Assembly (NCBI GenBank): GCA_019358915.1
Contig: JAHHIM010000055.1
Span: 1 to 64,000 of the forward strand
Direction: 5' to 3'
DNA length: 64,000 nucleotides
From: Trichormus sp. ATA11-4-KO1
Lineage (GTDB): Bacteria; Cyanobacteriota; Cyanobacteriia; Cyanobacteriales; Nostocaceae
The position numbers were made by a program, and so were the translations under genes. Shown here piece after piece: positions 61,919 through 64,000 of the stretch. Each line of letters opens with the position of its first letter. Positions within the stretch are counted from its first letter, which is position 1. Under the pieces are notes generated by a model, which had not been told where the DNA came from, did not search any database, and saw only the letters and a program-made list of their open reading frames with translations.

Positions 61919-62167
61919 TTATGTCGGTACAGTATTCCTTAGTCTGTACCCCCCGCTTCTTACATATATTTGTGGTTTGACATTCAGCAGACTTATGCTG
62001 ATATATCTAAAATCATAATTACCCTCTGTGATTTGCCGATGATCTCGGTTACCATCGCCCATAAATAAATACTCCACTCCCATGGCGGCTGATTCCCAAT
62101 TGGCTCGGCAATTGGTAGCACGCAAAGAAGTAGAGATGGGGTACACAAATTTCACAGAAAATTTCAC
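61919..62167 (-). CDS. Putative 82-aa leader peptide of the HNH-alr0857 attenuator
   Basis: ORF ends ~27 nt before the terminator and its 3' end (RSGG codons) carries the antiterminator sequence. Confidence 0.4.
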   Translation of the reverse strand: MKFSVKFVYPISTSLRATNCRANWESAAMGVEYLFMGDGNRDHRQITEGNYDFRYISISLLNVKPQIYVRSGGYRLRNTVPT

Positions 62168-62238
62168 CTATTGAACATTCCTTTAAACATACTACACTTG
62201 TATTACTATCCTGTCTATACCTTTAAGGAGAAAAAGTT

Positions 62239-62574
62239 ATGCATACGATCGCTCGCACCCCAACTACAGATATGGAAGTTACCAGCATCCGCCTAGAACG
62301 GGAACTCAAAGATAAACTCAAAGAAATTGCTGGCAATCAGGGATATCAAGCTTTGATCCGAGATATCCTGTGGAATTATGTCCAGCAAAAATCAGGTGAG
62401 TGGAAACCTCGATTTTCGCGCTCCGATATTCGAGCTAGTATAGCTGCCACAGCTCAGCAAGAAGAACGTTGTGTACTCACAGGCCAGCTAATTCAGCCCC
62501 AACAACCGATGTTGTTAGGACTAACGAGGAATGGCGACATGGTTCCTCTCAGTGTCGAAAGTTTAGCTGGATAA
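62239..62574 (+). CDS. Ribbon-helix-helix (CopG-like) DNA-binding protein with C-terminal domain
   Basis: VTSIRLERELKDKLKEIA...YQALIRDILW; strong RBS AAGGAG. Confidence 0.75.
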   Translation: MHTIARTPTTDMEVTSIRLERELKDKLKEIAGNQGYQALIRDILWNYVQQKSGEWKPRFSRSDIRASIAATAQQEERCVLTGQLIQPQQPMLLGLTRNGDMVPLSVESLAG

Positions 62575-62878
62575 CTTTTATCTGTGTCAATGCAGCTCAT
62601 TTACTCATGTGAGCTGCATTCAAGTGTTTAGCTAAATTCCTGTATTAGGTAGACTTTAAAAAAACTTATATGCTATGAGTCATTAAATTTTGTGAAGTAC
62701 CATAAATGACTTTGAAATCACAAAGGTGGAAAACCCAAAATCGGACAAAACTTTAGGTGATTTTTATCAACCTTGCAGGGCTGGGGTACATGGACTCGAT
62801 CTGACTAAAGTTTCATTTCAGCTAAATTTCAGTGTAATGACGCTTGACAGGTGGAAACTATCAGCATATTTAATAAGT

Positions 62879-63022
62879 GGCGTTGCTAAATCAGAATACA
62901 TGTTTTTTTTCTTTGTACCCACGCGTTAGCGGAGCTGATACTTACAGCAAACTACGTGCACACTGTAGCGATACGCTGTACTAGTGTGCTAGGGAAAATT
63001 CATATTTTCAACCAGCAACACC
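62879..63022. mobile_element. Degenerate MITE of the same family as 32979-33089
   Basis: GGCGTTGCTAAATCAGAATA...TCATATTTTCAACCAGCAACACC ends; TSD decayed. Confidence 0.7.
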
Positions 63023-63552
63023 CAATACATCATTTATCGACAAGAGAAACTACATCAAAAACATCCACACTCAAGTAGCCATCGAAGTTTTTTCTCAAGC
63101 TCTGCCATAATAGGATTTTAATTTTTGTCAACCCAATATAAAATCAAAAGTGGTTTAGTAAAAAAAAATACCTAGTCTATTCAAGAGCATAGTATTATTG
63201 CGGTTCAATTTCTCAAGTTATGGTCTCAATTCTGGAGAAATTACGGTTTATGTATAGTTACAGACAATGTATCCTAGTCCCATGTTAGTTAATTAAGTCT
63301 GCAGAAAAAGCCAAACAATAGCTGGATAAATCGTTTTAGTATATTCCGAGTATTTTGATACTTATGTAGACATCAGTTTAATATACCAGTAACTTGGTCA
63401 TCTGAAATAGAAAGGGGCTATAACAGGTGAGAGAAAGTCTTCATAAGATATTTCCCACTCATCAGGGTAGTAGCAACGTAACTAACGGTGAAGAATATGC
63501 CAAGAGATTGGGTGCAGAAACAATGGGGTAATTATCCAAGAGCGTGCCAGGA

Positions 63553-64000
63553 ATGAAAAAGTATTTATCATTGCCGCCACAGTCCCCAGATGACCTAGAG
63601 CGACTACAACCATACCCAGTTAAGCTGATGCAGCATCAGGAAGAACCAGTCCATCATCTGGCACAAAGAATTAACCACATCATTGCCAACACTTCGGGAA
63701 CGGCATTGATGTTACAAGAAATTGCCCAATTGCTAGGAGTTACCTTTGAAGTAGACTGTTGCTGTTTAGTTACAGTTAATAGTGACGCCTCAAGTGACGC
63801 GACTGCCGCTAATTGGTGCGCTGACGAGTATCTGGGAATGCCACACCCCAGCGAAATGTCCTCGATGGAACAGTTAATGATGGACTTGCCTGTTGTGCAA
63901 TGTGCAGCTGAACCATTAACGATTGAAGACATTTCGACTATTCAAAACAGCTTGATAGTTGGCTGTCAATATCTGCCGTTACCGATTAAAGCTGTTTTGG
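63553..64000 (+). CDS. GAF-domain protein (probable sensor), running off the window edge
   Basis: Open frame MKKYLSLPP...MLQEIAQLLGVTFEVDCCCL...LTIEDI...IKAVL with GAF-like pattern; no stop within the window. Confidence 0.65.
   Translation, partial: MKKYLSLPPQSPDDLERLQPYPVKLMQHQEEPVHHLAQRINHIIANTSGTALMLQEIAQLLGVTFEVDCCCLVTVNSDASSDATAANWCADEYLGMPHPSEMSSMEQLMMDLPVVQCAAEPLTIEDISTIQNSLIVGCQYLPLPIKAVL

Noticed and set aside
63654..63932. 92-aa minus-strand ORF
   Set aside because: Antisense shadow of the GAF-domain gene starting at 63553

Overview
This is a chromosomal window from a heterocyst-forming (Nostocales-type) cyanobacterium, judged from frequent HIP1 sites (GCGATCGC), heptamer STRR tandem repeats, psb28 and xisH/xisI. 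Most of it is core genome: pheS, surE, ribF, recQ, proB, psb28, an NTRC-type thioredoxin reductase, BamA/Omp85, a Ser/Thr kinase, two MoxR ATPases, an AphC-like phytochrome kinase, a two-component cluster, tRNA-Ser(CGA) and a probable 6S RNA. The most notable accessory features are: (1) an AT-rich three-gene module of a Nal1-like trypsin protease, a stand-alone copy of that protease's N-terminal domain, and a multi-TM membrane protein; (2) an unexplained ~235-nt rod-shaped RNA structure at 11.5-11.75 kb; (3) a type IV pilin/O-GlcNAc-transferase locus in which a giant glycosyltransferase gene is split at a T9 tract and a REP-associated tyrosine transposase sits between two GT41 genes; (4) a leader ORF/antiterminator/terminator attenuator upstream of an HNH nuclease-alr0857 operon; (5) several MITEs with target-site duplications, one nested in another. 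All calls come from reading motifs by eye; no database searches or folding programs were run.
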